A program made the translations under genes and the position numbers. From NCBI GenBank assembly GCA_964620125.1, contig CAZUGQ010000006.1, forward strand, positions 6,216-70,215: a stretch of 64,000 nt of DNA. Reading direction: 5' to 3'. Positions 18,327 to 27,392 of this stretch are shown here, one piece after another; the first letter of the stretch is position 1, and each line of letters begins with the position of its first letter. The notes beneath the pieces were generated by a model. It was not told the origin of the DNA, searched no databases, and saw only the letters and a list, made by a program, of their open reading frames with translations. The DNA is from an uncultured Hyphomicrobiales bacterium (lineage in GTDB: Bacteria; Bacteroidota; Ignavibacteria; Kapaibacteriales; Kapaibacteriaceae).

Positions 18327-19169
18327 TTAGTAGTGATACCGTACGTCGATTACTCTAAACTGTCCGTACTCCAGATCGCCATCAGCAAGATTCCACACGA
18401 AGTCTACCTCGGTGGGAATCATCACACCTTCATGCTCAGCATAATTCCTGCACACAAGTGTGAAGGTGGTAGGTTCATAGCCACTCTTGGTGTCGCGGTA
18501 TTTATGGTTGGTCACGATTCTCTCCACCTGGCCCATGCTGTTCACATGGAACACAGCTTCCACGCGAACGTTGCCGTCCACAATGATGGCTCGAGCACGA
18601 TTGGCATCAACTTCCTCCCATCGTAGAGTTCGTGTAGGCAGCAAGCCGGTTGGAACCCACACCAGTTCACTCAAAAATCTGAACAACATGCTAGTGCTGG
18701 TTTCAGGTCCTTCGAACTCTTCCAACGTAAGGGCACCGTAGAGTTTGATATGTCCAGACCCTTCTCCATGAAGGTATCCAAGTTTTGCTGTTCGCCACCA
18801 AAATGCATTGTGGCGTAAACGCGCATCCCACACAAATCCCGGCTCCATACCCGAGATAACTTCCGTGGCCACAACATTCATCCAAGGTCGGTTCTTACCA
18901 TGGCGGAATCGCGCTTGCTGCTGGAGAACGGCGTAACGGATGTTCGGCTGGCCATCTTTAAGGACGTAATGGAAGTACCGTTGCATAGCTACAGGCAGCC
19001 GCTCAACCAGGGAAGAAGAGAAATTGGGCAGGCGTTCCTTACCAATGGAGTCCAGCAGACGGCGTGTATACGTGCGCACAAAAAGTCGAGAGCGGATGGA
19101 GCTGGCCATCCACAGCAGAAGTACCGTTCCAAGCGTTGACCCGATAATTACCAGCAGCTTCATCTGCAT
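18327..19169 (-). CDS. Hypothetical membrane-anchored protein (~280 aa from MQMKLL). Its start overlaps the stop of the upstream GT-C gene (TAATG).
   Basis: N-terminal TM helix (LLVIIGSTLGTVLLLWMASS) followed by a soluble domain with no recognised family. The upstream ATG at 19238 would overlap the preceding gene by 70 nt, so the start at 19169 is preferred. Confidence 0.5.
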   Translation of the reverse strand: MQMKLLVIIGSTLGTVLLLWMASSIRSRLFVRTYTRRLLDSIGKERLPNFSSSLVERLPVAMQRYFHYVLKDGQPNIRYAVLQQQARFRHGKNRPWMNVVATEVISGMEPGFVWDARLRHNAFWWRTAKLGYLHGEGSGHIKLYGALTLEEFEGPETSTSMLFRFLSELVWVPTGLLPTRTLRWEEVDANRARAIIVDGNVRVEAVFHVNSMGQVERIVTNHKYRDTKSGYEPTTFTLVCRNYAEHEGVMIPTEVDFVWNLADGDLEYGQFRVIDVRYHY

Positions 19170-20527
19170 TATCGTCCTTTCTCCCACGCCGTAAGCCTGT
19201 TCGACCAATTGTTCAGGAGTGGCGTTGCCGCAACCCATAGATACAACAGCGGAATAAGCTTGAAAACACCGCGGCGAAGTGTCTGCTCAACGATGGCGGC
19301 GGAAAACACCGTACCAACCAGTATCAGACCCACCAGAACTGCTAGGATCCAGATAAGCAGAAGCACAGATCCAACTCGGCGAGTTGCAACTATATTCCAT
19401 ACGAACACTATAGCAAACACCAGAAATGCAGCTCCCCAAAGTCCATGGTCGAAAATGACGTTGCTAAACAAACCACCAGCAACCTGCAGGAATCTTGCCG
19501 CATTGAAGCCTATCAGTTCTCGCGATACGTTTGGCTGAACAGGAAGGTATGTTCGAATGTACAGTCCATTCCATAAGAGGAACATTCCAACCGAAGTAAG
19601 CCCCGTTGCCAGAAGAAACGAACGCATAGCCCCTTTCCAACTTTCTGCGCGCCATACGGCAACACAACAAACGAGTCCGATACCAACAAGCAGGACGGTT
19701 TCGGTTCGGGACCAGCATGCGGCAGCAAACATGATCGCTGCGGGCCACCAGGCCGTGGCAGACTTGCGGTCTGCCGAGAGATAAAGAAGCGTTACGGCCA
19801 CACAGAAGTATGCAGCATTCAGATAGTCGGTTTGCAGCAAGTAGGTGTACCCCAACATCTCTGGCGTAAGGATGAGCAGCATCCACACCACGTTTGCTAT
19901 GAGTGGATGAACCACGTTGCGCATTGCAGCCCAGAACGTCCACGATGCAAGGATGGCAACAATGCTCACCCACACCTGCCCATATGCAAAGCCCATCAGG
20001 CGATACATCACCTGATTCAGCATGGCAAATGGTGCATAAAAGGGTTGATTGCTCAGGTGACCGGCCAGTGTGACATCGGAAAACACACGATTGGCTATGG
20101 TTCCTTCTTCAACGGCATGCCGTGCTACCAGATCGATCCCAGCCATGGCATCGAACGGAGTAACGGGCCAATACCATGCTGCCCATACCACATAGTATGC
20201 TGTGCTACATGCAAACCCCAGGGTAAGCACATCATACATGCGCAAGGTGAATCGTGGTGATTCGAACATCCATCGGTAGAACGACTGGACTCGAGGAAGC
20301 CAGACATTTGATATCACTGCGCCTAGCACAGCCGTGGCCAGAAGCATGGTTTCGTTCAGGCCGAAGCGAATAAGGTCTACGCCAAAGAACAGTACGTTAT
20401 GGAGGAACATGCCAAGCAGCAGTGCAACCGGAAGCACCATGGACTTAGGCAGCCGCGACTGAGTGCTTGCCAGAATACCCAGTCCTGCAATCCATTCCAG
20501 TAGGAGCACAGCTACAAACGTGGTCAT
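19169..20527 (-). CDS. Polytopic membrane protein, GT-C-fold glycosyltransferase-like (ArnT/PMT/GT39-like family)
   Basis: 452 aa with ~11 predicted TM helices and a loop-rich N-terminal half. Its start overlaps the upstream stop by ATGA. Confidence 0.45.
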   Translation of the reverse strand: MTTFVAVLLLEWIAGLGILASTQSRLPKSMVLPVALLLGMFLHNVLFFGVDLIRFGLNETMLLATAVLGAVISNVWLPRVQSFYRWMFESPRFTLRMYDVLTLGFACSTAYYVVWAAWYWPVTPFDAMAGIDLVARHAVEEGTIANRVFSDVTLAGHLSNQPFYAPFAMLNQVMYRLMGFAYGQVWVSIVAILASWTFWAAMRNVVHPLIANVVWMLLILTPEMLGYTYLLQTDYLNAAYFCVAVTLLYLSADRKSATAWWPAAIMFAAACWSRTETVLLVGIGLVCCVAVWRAESWKGAMRSFLLATGLTSVGMFLLWNGLYIRTYLPVQPNVSRELIGFNAARFLQVAGGLFSNVIFDHGLWGAAFLVFAIVFVWNIVATRRVGSVLLLIWILAVLVGLILVGTVFSAAIVEQTLRRGVFKLIPLLYLWVAATPLLNNWSNRLTAWEKGR

Positions 20528-21042
20528 TGCCTACTCCTCAAAGATGCACTGTCTCGCTCGGCAGCCTCATACTCCTTGAGCAAGGAATCAATGTTCACGG
20601 ATCCGCCGGGACGGGTAAGTGTGATGTTCGGCGGGTCGAGTGCAATGAATGCATTGGCCTTGTGGCGCCGTGCAGTATCCGTCCACGCAACAATCGGTTG
20701 AAAGCCAGCCATATAGGTGAAGATGCGCGGATCGGTCCATATCGCCTGAGCCGTCTGGTACCGGCTGGCGTATGCCATAGGCGGCAGAAGCACAACGTCA
20801 GTATCGCGCCGATTGCTGGCAATCCATGTTGGCACGTATGCATTGGCCACATGGCGCATTAGCATGCGTTGCTTCCACGACGTAATGGTCATGAAGGAAT
20901 CTATGCGCTCTGCATAGAAACCGATGCGTTCCTTATGTGAACGGGCGTAGCTGTTAAGCTCTCCCAGTTCGGCGTTATAGAGCAGCAGCAAGAAGACCAG
21001 CAGGATGGCCGACAGGATGAGTGCTCTAACAGTAAAAAACAT
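20524..21042 (-). CDS. Hypothetical protein with N-terminal TM anchor (172 aa). Its start overlaps the atpG stop by 1 nt.
   Basis: ORF with hydrophobic N-terminus (LILSAILLVFLLLLY). It is tightly coupled between atpG and the GT-C gene. Confidence 0.45.
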   Translation of the reverse strand: MFFTVRALILSAILLVFLLLLYNAELGELNSYARSHKERIGFYAERIDSFMTITSWKQRMLMRHVANAYVPTWIASNRRDTDVVLLPPMAYASRYQTAQAIWTDPRIFTYMAGFQPIVAWTDTARRHKANAFIALDPPNITLTRPGGSVNIDSLLKEYEAAERDSASLRSRQ

Positions 21043-21920
21043 CAGCTTGCCGACAGAGCTTCGGCCCCACCAACAATCTCGAGCATCTCCTTGGTGATTG
21101 CGGCCTGCCGTTCACGGTTGTAGATAAGCTGCAACGCAGAAATGAGATCCTTGGCATTGGACGTTGCATTCTCCATCGCAACCATACGCGCAGCCTGCTC
21201 AGCTGCATTAGAGTCGAGGAGTGCCCTCCACACCTGTGTATTCAAGTACTTAGGCAGCAACGAGTCAAGAATGTCGGTACGCGTTGGCTCGAAAATGTAA
21301 TCAACGGAATGTGCACCCTGTTCCTTTTCAACGGGCATGATGGGTAGCAGTGGTAAAATCCGAACTTCCTGCTTGATCACGCTCAGGAACTCATTGAACA
21401 TCAGCTCGATGTGATCTGCACGATGAGCCAGAAACGCATCCGAAGCCAGCTCGGCAACGTTTGTGGCAATCGAGTAGTCAAGCTTGAGGAAGGCATCCGG
21501 AAACCCGGCAACGATCTCTGTTCGCGACTTCCGGAATTGCGCAACAGACTTGCGGCCAATGGCTACCACGCGAATGCTGGCACCGGGATGGAGTTGCTGC
21601 AATTCCGCAATGCGTGATCGAACAGCACGAAAGAGGTTGGTGTTGAAACCACCACACAACCCACGATCGGAGGAAATCACACCAACGATGATGTTCTCCA
21701 CCTTCTTGCGCTGCTCGAAGTAGGGGTGCACAAAGTCCGACTCGGCAGCAGCAAGGTTGCGAAGGATCTTCTCCAGTTGCCTAGCAAAAGGGCGAGCTGC
21801 GGTAATAGCATCCTGCGCTCTGCGCAACTTTGCCGCAGCTACCATTCGCATGGCCTGCGTGATCTTGCTGGTGTTGCGGATTGCAACGATGCGGTTTCGT
21901 GTTTCTCGTAGGGTAGCCAT
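21042..21920 (-). CDS. atpG: F0F1 ATP synthase subunit gamma
   Basis: Full-length gamma subunit: N-terminal MATLRETRNRIVAIRNTSKITQAMRMVAAAKLRRAQ and C-terminal ...ITKEMLEIVGGAEAL. Confidence 0.9.
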   Translation of the reverse strand: MATLRETRNRIVAIRNTSKITQAMRMVAAAKLRRAQDAITAARPFARQLEKILRNLAAAESDFVHPYFEQRKKVENIIVGVISSDRGLCGGFNTNLFRAVRSRIAELQQLHPGASIRVVAIGRKSVAQFRKSRTEIVAGFPDAFLKLDYSIATNVAELASDAFLAHRADHIELMFNEFLSVIKQEVRILPLLPIMPVEKEQGAHSVDYIFEPTRTDILDSLLPKYLNTQVWRALLDSNAAEQAARMVAMENATSNAKDLISALQLIYNRERQAAITKEMLEIVGGAEALSAS

Positions 21921-21941
21921 AGGTGCGTAGTCGGTTCGATT

Positions 21942-22898
21942 TCACAGATAGGGCCACGACGTGGCCAGGTATCCCTGCACATAGTCAGCAATAGCGGTTT
22001 CCAGAGTGGTGGTTGGTGCTCCCACAGCTTCCCGAAGGCGGGTAATGTTTGCACAGGTGTAATTCTGGTACTGGTTTCTCAGGTGTTCTGGCATGGCAAC
22101 ATACTCGATGGCTGGTTCCTTACCCATCGCTGCAAACACTGCCTTCACAAGCTGATTCCAACTGGATGCAACACCCGAACCCACATTCAGGATGCCATGA
22201 ACAGATGGCTGATCCAAACACCGCAACACCACATTTACAGCATCCTTCACGTACACAAAGTCGCGCTGTTGCTCGCCATCCGAAAACTGCGGACTGGTTG
22301 ATGCAAACAATCGCACAACTCCAGTGCTGACCACTTGTTTATATGACTTCCACACCATGCTGGCCTGTTCTGCCTTGTGGTATTCGTTAGGACCGAAGAC
22401 GTTAAAGAATTTGAAGCCTACACAAGCCCCTTCCAAGCCCTGATCTCGTACCCACAAGTCAAACCGGTGCTTTGAATATCCGTACATGTTTAGTGGCCGC
22501 AGGTCACGTTCAGCGTCGTCAAACCCCCGTTCGCCATCACCGTAGGTGGCTGCACTGCTGGCGTAGATGAAGCGCGCATTACGTTCGAGTGCGAACCTGG
22601 CAACATCTACGGAATACCGATAGTTGTTGTCAAACAGGTAGTCGTTGTCCGTTGCCGTTGTAGCGGAGCACGCACCCATGTGAATCACAGCCTCGATGGA
22701 GCCCCACGTTTTACTCTGCAGGTCTCGTCTGAACTGCTCTTTGCTAACGATGTCAAGGAACGAATGATGCGCAATGTTCTTCCACTTTTCTCCCGTTCGA
22801 AGGGAGTCTACGATCAGAACGTCTCGCTGCCCTCGGGCATTCAAGGCTGCCAACACACAGCTGCCGATAAAACCGGCACCTCCAGTGAGTATGATCAT
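21942..22898 (-). CDS. hldD: ADP-L-glycero-D-manno-heptose 6-epimerase
   Basis: MIILTGGAGFIGS..., ...ASSAATYG..., ...YGYSK... and ...FFNVFGPNEYHKAEQASMV... align closely with E. coli HldD/RfaD motifs. Confidence 0.85.
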   Translation of the reverse strand: MIILTGGAGFIGSCVLAALNARGQRDVLIVDSLRTGEKWKNIAHHSFLDIVSKEQFRRDLQSKTWGSIEAVIHMGACSATTATDNDYLFDNNYRYSVDVARFALERNARFIYASSAATYGDGERGFDDAERDLRPLNMYGYSKHRFDLWVRDQGLEGACVGFKFFNVFGPNEYHKAEQASMVWKSYKQVVSTGVVRLFASTSPQFSDGEQQRDFVYVKDAVNVVLRCLDQPSVHGILNVGSGVASSWNQLVKAVFAAMGKEPAIEYVAMPEHLRNQYQNYTCANITRLREAVGAPTTTLETAIADYVQGYLATSWPYL

Positions 22899-22917
22899 GC
22901 GGTAGGTGCCAGAGAAA

Positions 22918-24468
22918 TCATACAGTGGTCATAAACCGTTCCGAGAACGTTCCAATCATCTCGTCAAGCTCACGAGTAATCTCGTCGGTAAGTGCCTTTT
23001 GAACAGACAGCTTGTCAAGCAACGCTGCATGACTCACACGCGCATACTCAAGCAAGTCGGTCTCATACCGCTTTACATCGTCAACCGGTAACTCATCCAT
23101 CGCTCCCTTGGTGGCTGCGTAAATCACCACGATCTGTTCTTCAACAGGAACAGGTTGATATTGCCGCTGCTTCATCACCTCCATAAGGCGTGCACCTCGA
23201 CGCAGTTGCTGTTGCGTACTCTTGTCTAGGTCAGATCCGAACTTGGCAAAGGCTTCCAGAGCACGGTATTGAGCCAGCTCAAGCTTGAGTGGTCCGGCTA
23301 CTTTTTTCATAGCCTTGATCTGTGCATTCCCACCCACACGCGACACGGAGATACCAATGTTCAAAGCAGGGCGAACGCCGGCGTTGAACAGGTTGGGCTC
23401 CAGATAAATCTGTCCGTCAGTAATCGAAATCACGTTTGTTGGGATATACGCGGCAACGTCACCTGCTTGCGTTTCAATCACTGGCAACGCCGTAAGGGAT
23501 CCCCCCCCAAGTCGGTCGCTAAGTTTTGCAGCGCGTTCCAGTAGCCGACTGTGCAGGTAAAAAACATCGCCAGGGTAGGCTTCACGCCCTGGTGGACGGC
23601 GTAGGAGGAGCGACACCTGACGGTATGCGGCTGCCTGTTTGGACAAGTCATCGTAAATCACAAGTGCATGCCGTCCGCTATCACGGAAGTACTCGCCCAT
23701 GCTGCATCCGCAGTATGGGGCGATAAACTGCAAGGGGGCTGGGTCGGACGCAGATGCAGTTACAATGGTTGTATATTCCATTGCACCGTACTTCTCGAGG
23801 GTAGCAAGCACGTTTGCAACGGTTGACCCCTTTTGCCCAATGGCAACGTAGATGCAGTACACAGGCTTGATTCCGCGTTCTGCAGCTTCGGGCGTGTGCG
23901 TGTATTTCTGGTTGATGATCGTGTCTACTGCCACCACGGTTTTACCTGTCTGCCGGTCGCCGATGATCAACTCGCGCTGGCCGCGACCAATCGGAATCAG
24001 GGCATCGATGGCCTTGATCCCCGTTTGCAGAGGTTCGGTAACAGGCTGGCGGTCAATAACGCCAAGGGCTTTTCTTTCGATGGGCAGGTACGCTTCAGTA
24101 TTGATTGGTCCTTTACCATCCAACGGCTGCCCCAGTGGGTTCACAACCCTACCAATCAAGGCTTCGCCAACGGGTACCGAGGCAATACGGCCAGTGCGCT
24201 TAACCTGATCACCTTCCTTTACCTGTGAATCGTCGCCAAACAGCACAACACCTACGCTGTCTTCTTCAAGGTTCAGTACCATTCCCACAACGCCGTTCGG
24301 GAACTCCACAAGCTCCGATACCATCACGTTTGTGAGACCATAGATGCGGGCTACGCCGTCGCCCACCTGAAGAACTGTGCCTACCTCGTAGATGTCGGTT
24401 TCGTTCTCAAATCCTGAGAGTTGGCGCCGAAGGATGGCGGAGATCTCTTCGGGTCTTACTTCAGCCAT
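22918..24468 (-). CDS. atpA: F0F1 ATP synthase subunit alpha
   Basis: Walker A GDRQTGKT, 516 aa, alpha-subunit N- and C-terminal domains. Confidence 0.95.
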   Translation of the reverse strand: MAEVRPEEISAILRRQLSGFENETDIYEVGTVLQVGDGVARIYGLTNVMVSELVEFPNGVVGMVLNLEEDSVGVVLFGDDSQVKEGDQVKRTGRIASVPVGEALIGRVVNPLGQPLDGKGPINTEAYLPIERKALGVIDRQPVTEPLQTGIKAIDALIPIGRGQRELIIGDRQTGKTVVAVDTIINQKYTHTPEAAERGIKPVYCIYVAIGQKGSTVANVLATLEKYGAMEYTTIVTASASDPAPLQFIAPYCGCSMGEYFRDSGRHALVIYDDLSKQAAAYRQVSLLLRRPPGREAYPGDVFYLHSRLLERAAKLSDRLGGGSLTALPVIETQAGDVAAYIPTNVISITDGQIYLEPNLFNAGVRPALNIGISVSRVGGNAQIKAMKKVAGPLKLELAQYRALEAFAKFGSDLDKSTQQQLRRGARLMEVMKQRQYQPVPVEEQIVVIYAATKGAMDELPVDDVKRYETDLLEYARVSHAALLDKLSVQKALTDEITRELDEMIGTFSERFMTTV

Positions 24469-24489
24469 GTATGTTCCTTAACAAGTAAA

Positions 24490-25029
24490 TCATGTATGTG
24501 CGAGTTCATGCTTCAGTTCTTGAAGCCGATGGCGCAGAGAACCGTCCAAAACGATATCGCCGATGCGAACAACCACACCGCCGATCAGGTCTGGTTTCGA
24601 TGCGAATGTTGGTACCACGTGTTTTCCGGTGCGCTGCTCTAGTGCTGTTTGCAGTTTTTTCTGCGAGGAACCGTCGAGTGCCGCTGCGCTGTTTACGGTA
24701 ACCCGAAGAACGTTGTTTTTGGCATCGAGCAGTTCCTGGAATACCTGTGCAATGTGACCAAGGTATGCCTCCCGGCCTTTCTCGATTACCAGCACGATAA
24801 AGGCGAGGGTGAGTTCCGAAACCTGTCCTGCAAAAACATCCTTGGCAATGTTCATCTTCTGCCATGCCTTTACAACAGGACTGCGGAAAACGATTCGCAG
24901 GTCTGGTGCCGATTCAAGTATTCTGCGCACGGTTGCTAGGTCGGATTCAACAGTGCTGGTGCACTTCAGTCGCTCCGCTTCTTGCAGTAGAGCCATGGCG
25001 TAGCGACTGGAGATGGCCTTGGTTGACAT
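24490..25029 (-). CDS. atpH: F0F1 ATP synthase subunit delta (OSCP)
   Basis: 179 aa OSCP-like protein, positioned between atpF and atpA. Confidence 0.8.
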   Translation of the reverse strand: MSTKAISSRYAMALLQEAERLKCTSTVESDLATVRRILESAPDLRIVFRSPVVKAWQKMNIAKDVFAGQVSELTLAFIVLVIEKGREAYLGHIAQVFQELLDAKNNVLRVTVNSAAALDGSSQKKLQTALEQRTGKHVVPTFASKPDLIGGVVVRIGDIVLDGSLRHRLQELKHELAHT

Positions 25030-25033
25030 AGCT

Positions 25034-25528
25034 TCAGTTCTTAGAGATATCGTTTACGTATTCTTCAACCAAGCGCTTTTGGTCAGCATCCTGAATGGTG
25101 CGGCCAAGCAATTTTTCCGTTGCTTCTACAACAAGCGTTGATACTTCCGCACGCAGAGCTGCGATGGCTTCGTCCTTTTGCCGTTCTATCTCGCGCTGTG
25201 CCTCCACCAACTTCTGATGTTTTACGGCGTCGGCCTCCTCGGTAGCCCGTCGTATAAGTGCTTCTCCCTGTGACTTCCCTTCGCGAATGATTGACATCAC
25301 CTCCGCTTGGGCACCGGCGATCTTTTCCTTGGCCTCTTTCAGCAGACTCTGCGATTCGGCATTCGCACGCTCAGCGGCATGAATGTTATCGGCAATTGCC
25401 TTCTCACGTGCCTCGAGACCTGCACGCATGGGCTTCCACGCAAACCGTGCGATGATGTATGCAAAGATGGTGAAGTTGACGAGGCTCCAGAAGAGCAGGC
25501 CGGGTTGGAGTTGGAGGAAGTCTGGCAT
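25034..25528 (-). CDS. atpF: F0F1 ATP synthase subunit b
   Basis: N-terminal TM helix followed by a long charged coiled-coil (EAREKAIADNIHAAERANAES...). Confidence 0.8.
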   Translation of the reverse strand: MPDFLQLQPGLLFWSLVNFTIFAYIIARFAWKPMRAGLEAREKAIADNIHAAERANAESQSLLKEAKEKIAGAQAEVMSIIREGKSQGEALIRRATEEADAVKHQKLVEAQREIERQKDEAIAALRAEVSTLVVEATEKLLGRTIQDADQKRLVEEYVNDISKN

Positions 25529-25670
25529 ATGAGGGACTGGAGGGACTGGAGGGACTGGAGGGACTAGAGGGGAGGTTGAGTTTGGGTTAGAGGGGTTGGG
25601 AGAGAGGCAGAGTCGGGAGGTCTGGGGAAGGCTTCCCGACTCTGACCCCGGCGTGCGGGGTCGGTGCAGG
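25529..25670 (-). promoter_or_regulatory. atpE-atpF intergenic RNA element. On the transcribed strand, two stem-loops lie immediately after atpE, then a ~85-nt purine-poor CU-rich tract ends in (CAGUCCCUC)x4 abutting the atpF AUG.
   Basis: 11-bp perfect stem CAGAGTCGGGA/TCCCGACTCTG (25608..25644) and 5-bp stem CCCCG/CGGGG (25646..25660). The plus strand carries GAGGGACTG x4-5 at 25531..25575. The intergenic region is 142 nt, whereas other atp junctions are 4-25 nt. Confidence 0.5.
25531..25575. repeat. Tandem 9-nt repeat GAGGGACTG (4 perfect-or-near copies plus 1 degenerate)
   Basis: gagggactg gagggactg gagggactg gagggacta gaggggagg, read directly. Confidence 0.9.
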
Positions 25671-25901
25671 TTATGATTTTACTGCGAGCAGAATGCAGAT
25701 AACGCCGGCGAGAAGTGCCACGCCTTCGATAAGGGCGGCACCGATGATCATCGTTGTGCGGATGTCACCGGCGTTCTCGGGTTGGCGGCTGCTGGCTTCA
25801 AGGGCGGCGGCGGCAAGGCGACCGATGCCGGTGCCTACGCCAAAAACCGTCACGCCCACGCCGAGACCGGCTGAGAGCCATGCGAATGCTACTGCGTCCA
25901 T
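25671..25901 (-). CDS. atpE: F0F1 ATP synthase subunit c
   Basis: 76-aa two-helix proteolipid with a GxGxGxG helix-1 motif and a carboxylate in helix 2 (...AALIEGVALL...). Confidence 0.9.
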   Translation of the reverse strand: MDAVAFAWLSAGLGVGVTVFGVGTGIGRLAAAALEASSRQPENAGDIRTTMIIGAALIEGVALLAGVICILLAVKS

Positions 25902-25926
25902 GTTTCCTCCAAAAGATTAATGTGGG

Positions 25927-27012
25927 TTAGCTGATGGTAGTCGTGTGCTTGAGTTCGAGACCATCGTGGTCGTGATGATGCTCGTGATGTTCATCGTGTG
26001 TTGCATGCTCGCCAAGTGCAAGACCTACGAACACAGAGGTGAGCATGGCGAAGATGTACGCTTGGAGGAAGGCTACAAGTAGTTCGAGTAGATAGATGAA
26101 CACCGAAAAGCCAACACTTACCGGAGTTACAAGCCACGACTCGAAGAAGAAAATGAGCCCAACCAACGCCAGAAGAACGATGTGCCCTGCCGTCATGTTC
26201 GCGAATAGACGAATCATCAAAGCAAAGGGCTTGGTGAACATCGAAATGATCTCTATCGGCACCATTATTAGAGCCATGTACCAGGGGGCTCCACCAAGCA
26301 GGTGGTGTAGCCAGGCCATGATACCGGCATCCTTAATGGCAATGTAGTTCACCACAAGGAAGGATGTTAATGCAAGTGCCGCGGTTAGCCCTAAGGCTCC
26401 AGTGGCGGCATGGTTGCCCGGCAAAAGTCCGAACAGGTTGAGGAAGAGAATGAAAAAGAAGAGCGAGATAATGTATGGCATCAGTCTCATCGCTCTCTTC
26501 ACCGTGCCAACGTTGGGCACAACAATCTGATCCCGTATGTATACCACCAGGCTCTCAAGCAAGTTCTGCAAACCCTTGGGTGCTGCAAGCGGATGGGAAC
26601 GATACCGACGCGTGCCAATGATGAACAACAAGGAAATCACAGCTATCGCCAACCACTCATACACCACGAAGTTGGTAACGGAAAGGTCCAACATCGGATG
26701 CCCATGATCGCTCTTCCTCACCGGATGGCCTTCGTGTAATGTGTACAGGCCTGCCTGCTCCATCGCCGATGTGTTGGCATAGACGTGCAGTCCGTTGTCA
26801 ACCAAAATCACCGGAGTTACCGGCAAATGCACGAAGAATGCATTGATCTCATGATGATCACCTAACTCTCCGATGAGATGGGTGAAAACTTCCGATCCCT
26901 TTACTTCGCCACCATGGGTAGCGTGAGGATCGGCCGCTCCATGTGCCTGCCCTTCTTGTGGATGACCATGCTCTCCATGCCCACCGTTGTGCTGCGAACT
27001 GTCTGCTTTCAT
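25927..27012 (-). CDS. atpB: F0F1 ATP synthase subunit a, with His-rich N-terminal (~60 aa) and C-terminal (~30 aa) extensions
   Basis: Core a-subunit helices with the conserved Arg region (...LFANMTAGHIVLLAL...). The N-terminus reads MKADSSQHNGGHGEHGHPQEGQAHGAADPHATHGGE and the C-terminus ALGEHATHDEHHEHHHDHDGLELKHTTTIS. Confidence 0.85.
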   Translation of the reverse strand: MKADSSQHNGGHGEHGHPQEGQAHGAADPHATHGGEVKGSEVFTHLIGELGDHHEINAFFVHLPVTPVILVDNGLHVYANTSAMEQAGLYTLHEGHPVRKSDHGHPMLDLSVTNFVVYEWLAIAVISLLFIIGTRRYRSHPLAAPKGLQNLLESLVVYIRDQIVVPNVGTVKRAMRLMPYIISLFFFILFLNLFGLLPGNHAATGALGLTAALALTSFLVVNYIAIKDAGIMAWLHHLLGGAPWYMALIMVPIEIISMFTKPFALMIRLFANMTAGHIVLLALVGLIFFFESWLVTPVSVGFSVFIYLLELLVAFLQAYIFAMLTSVFVGLALGEHATHDEHHEHHHDHDGLELKHTTTIS

Positions 27013-27392
27013 GAAAACCGAAGTACCGGTGTAGGTGTCAGTGATTCAATGGCGTTTTTTTTTAACAGGTCACTTACGGGCGGACGCACCTGTCTCTTCT
27101 GCTTTTCGAACCATTGATGAAAAAAAAGGATCTCTCCCATGAGAAAAACAAAGCAGGATATCGCAAACGTTACGGCAAAGGCTACTTGTTCCATGCCGAT
27201 AACACCGATACATGCCCAGATGGCAATGATGACCAGAATGGCACGTATGCCGAACGAGCCAAAGACTAAGGCAAGGAACGTGTTAAGATCCTTGCCAAAA
27301 GCCCAACGCGATACCACAAAGCCTAGCACAGCGTTGAACACACAGATACCGAACGCAGTCAGTGCTGCCACGATCGGTCCTTTTACGTCCAC
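27009..27392 (-). CDS. Putative ATP synthase protein I-like small membrane protein (4 TM). Its stop overlaps the atpB start (ATGA).
   Basis: 127-aa hydrophobic ORF immediately upstream of atpB. The family assignment is by position and topology only. Confidence 0.5.
   Translation of the reverse strand: MDVKGPIVAALTAFGICVFNAVLGFVVSRWAFGKDLNTFLALVFGSFGIRAILVIIAIWACIGVIGMEQVAFAVTFAISCFVFLMGEILFFHQWFEKQKRQVRPPVSDLLKKNAIESLTPTPVLRFS

Noticed and set aside
25529-25567. Plus-strand mini-ORF encoding MRDWRDWRDWRD over the 9-mer tandem repeat
   Set aside because: It is a by-product of the GAGGGACTG repeat and the tail of a spurious antisense ORF (25307..25567). No RBS or other support. The repeat is interpreted as an RNA element of the atp transcript instead.
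25531-25575. Short tandem repeats considered as a possible CRISPR array
   Set aside because: The unit is only 9 nt and contiguous, with no spacers and no cas genes. It is not a CRISPR.
27050-27130. T10 and A8 homopolymer tracts considered as slipped-strand phase-variation sites
   Set aside because: They lie inside the putative atpI-like ORF and simply encode Lys-Lys / Leu-Phe-Phe in a housekeeping operon. There is no contingency-locus context.
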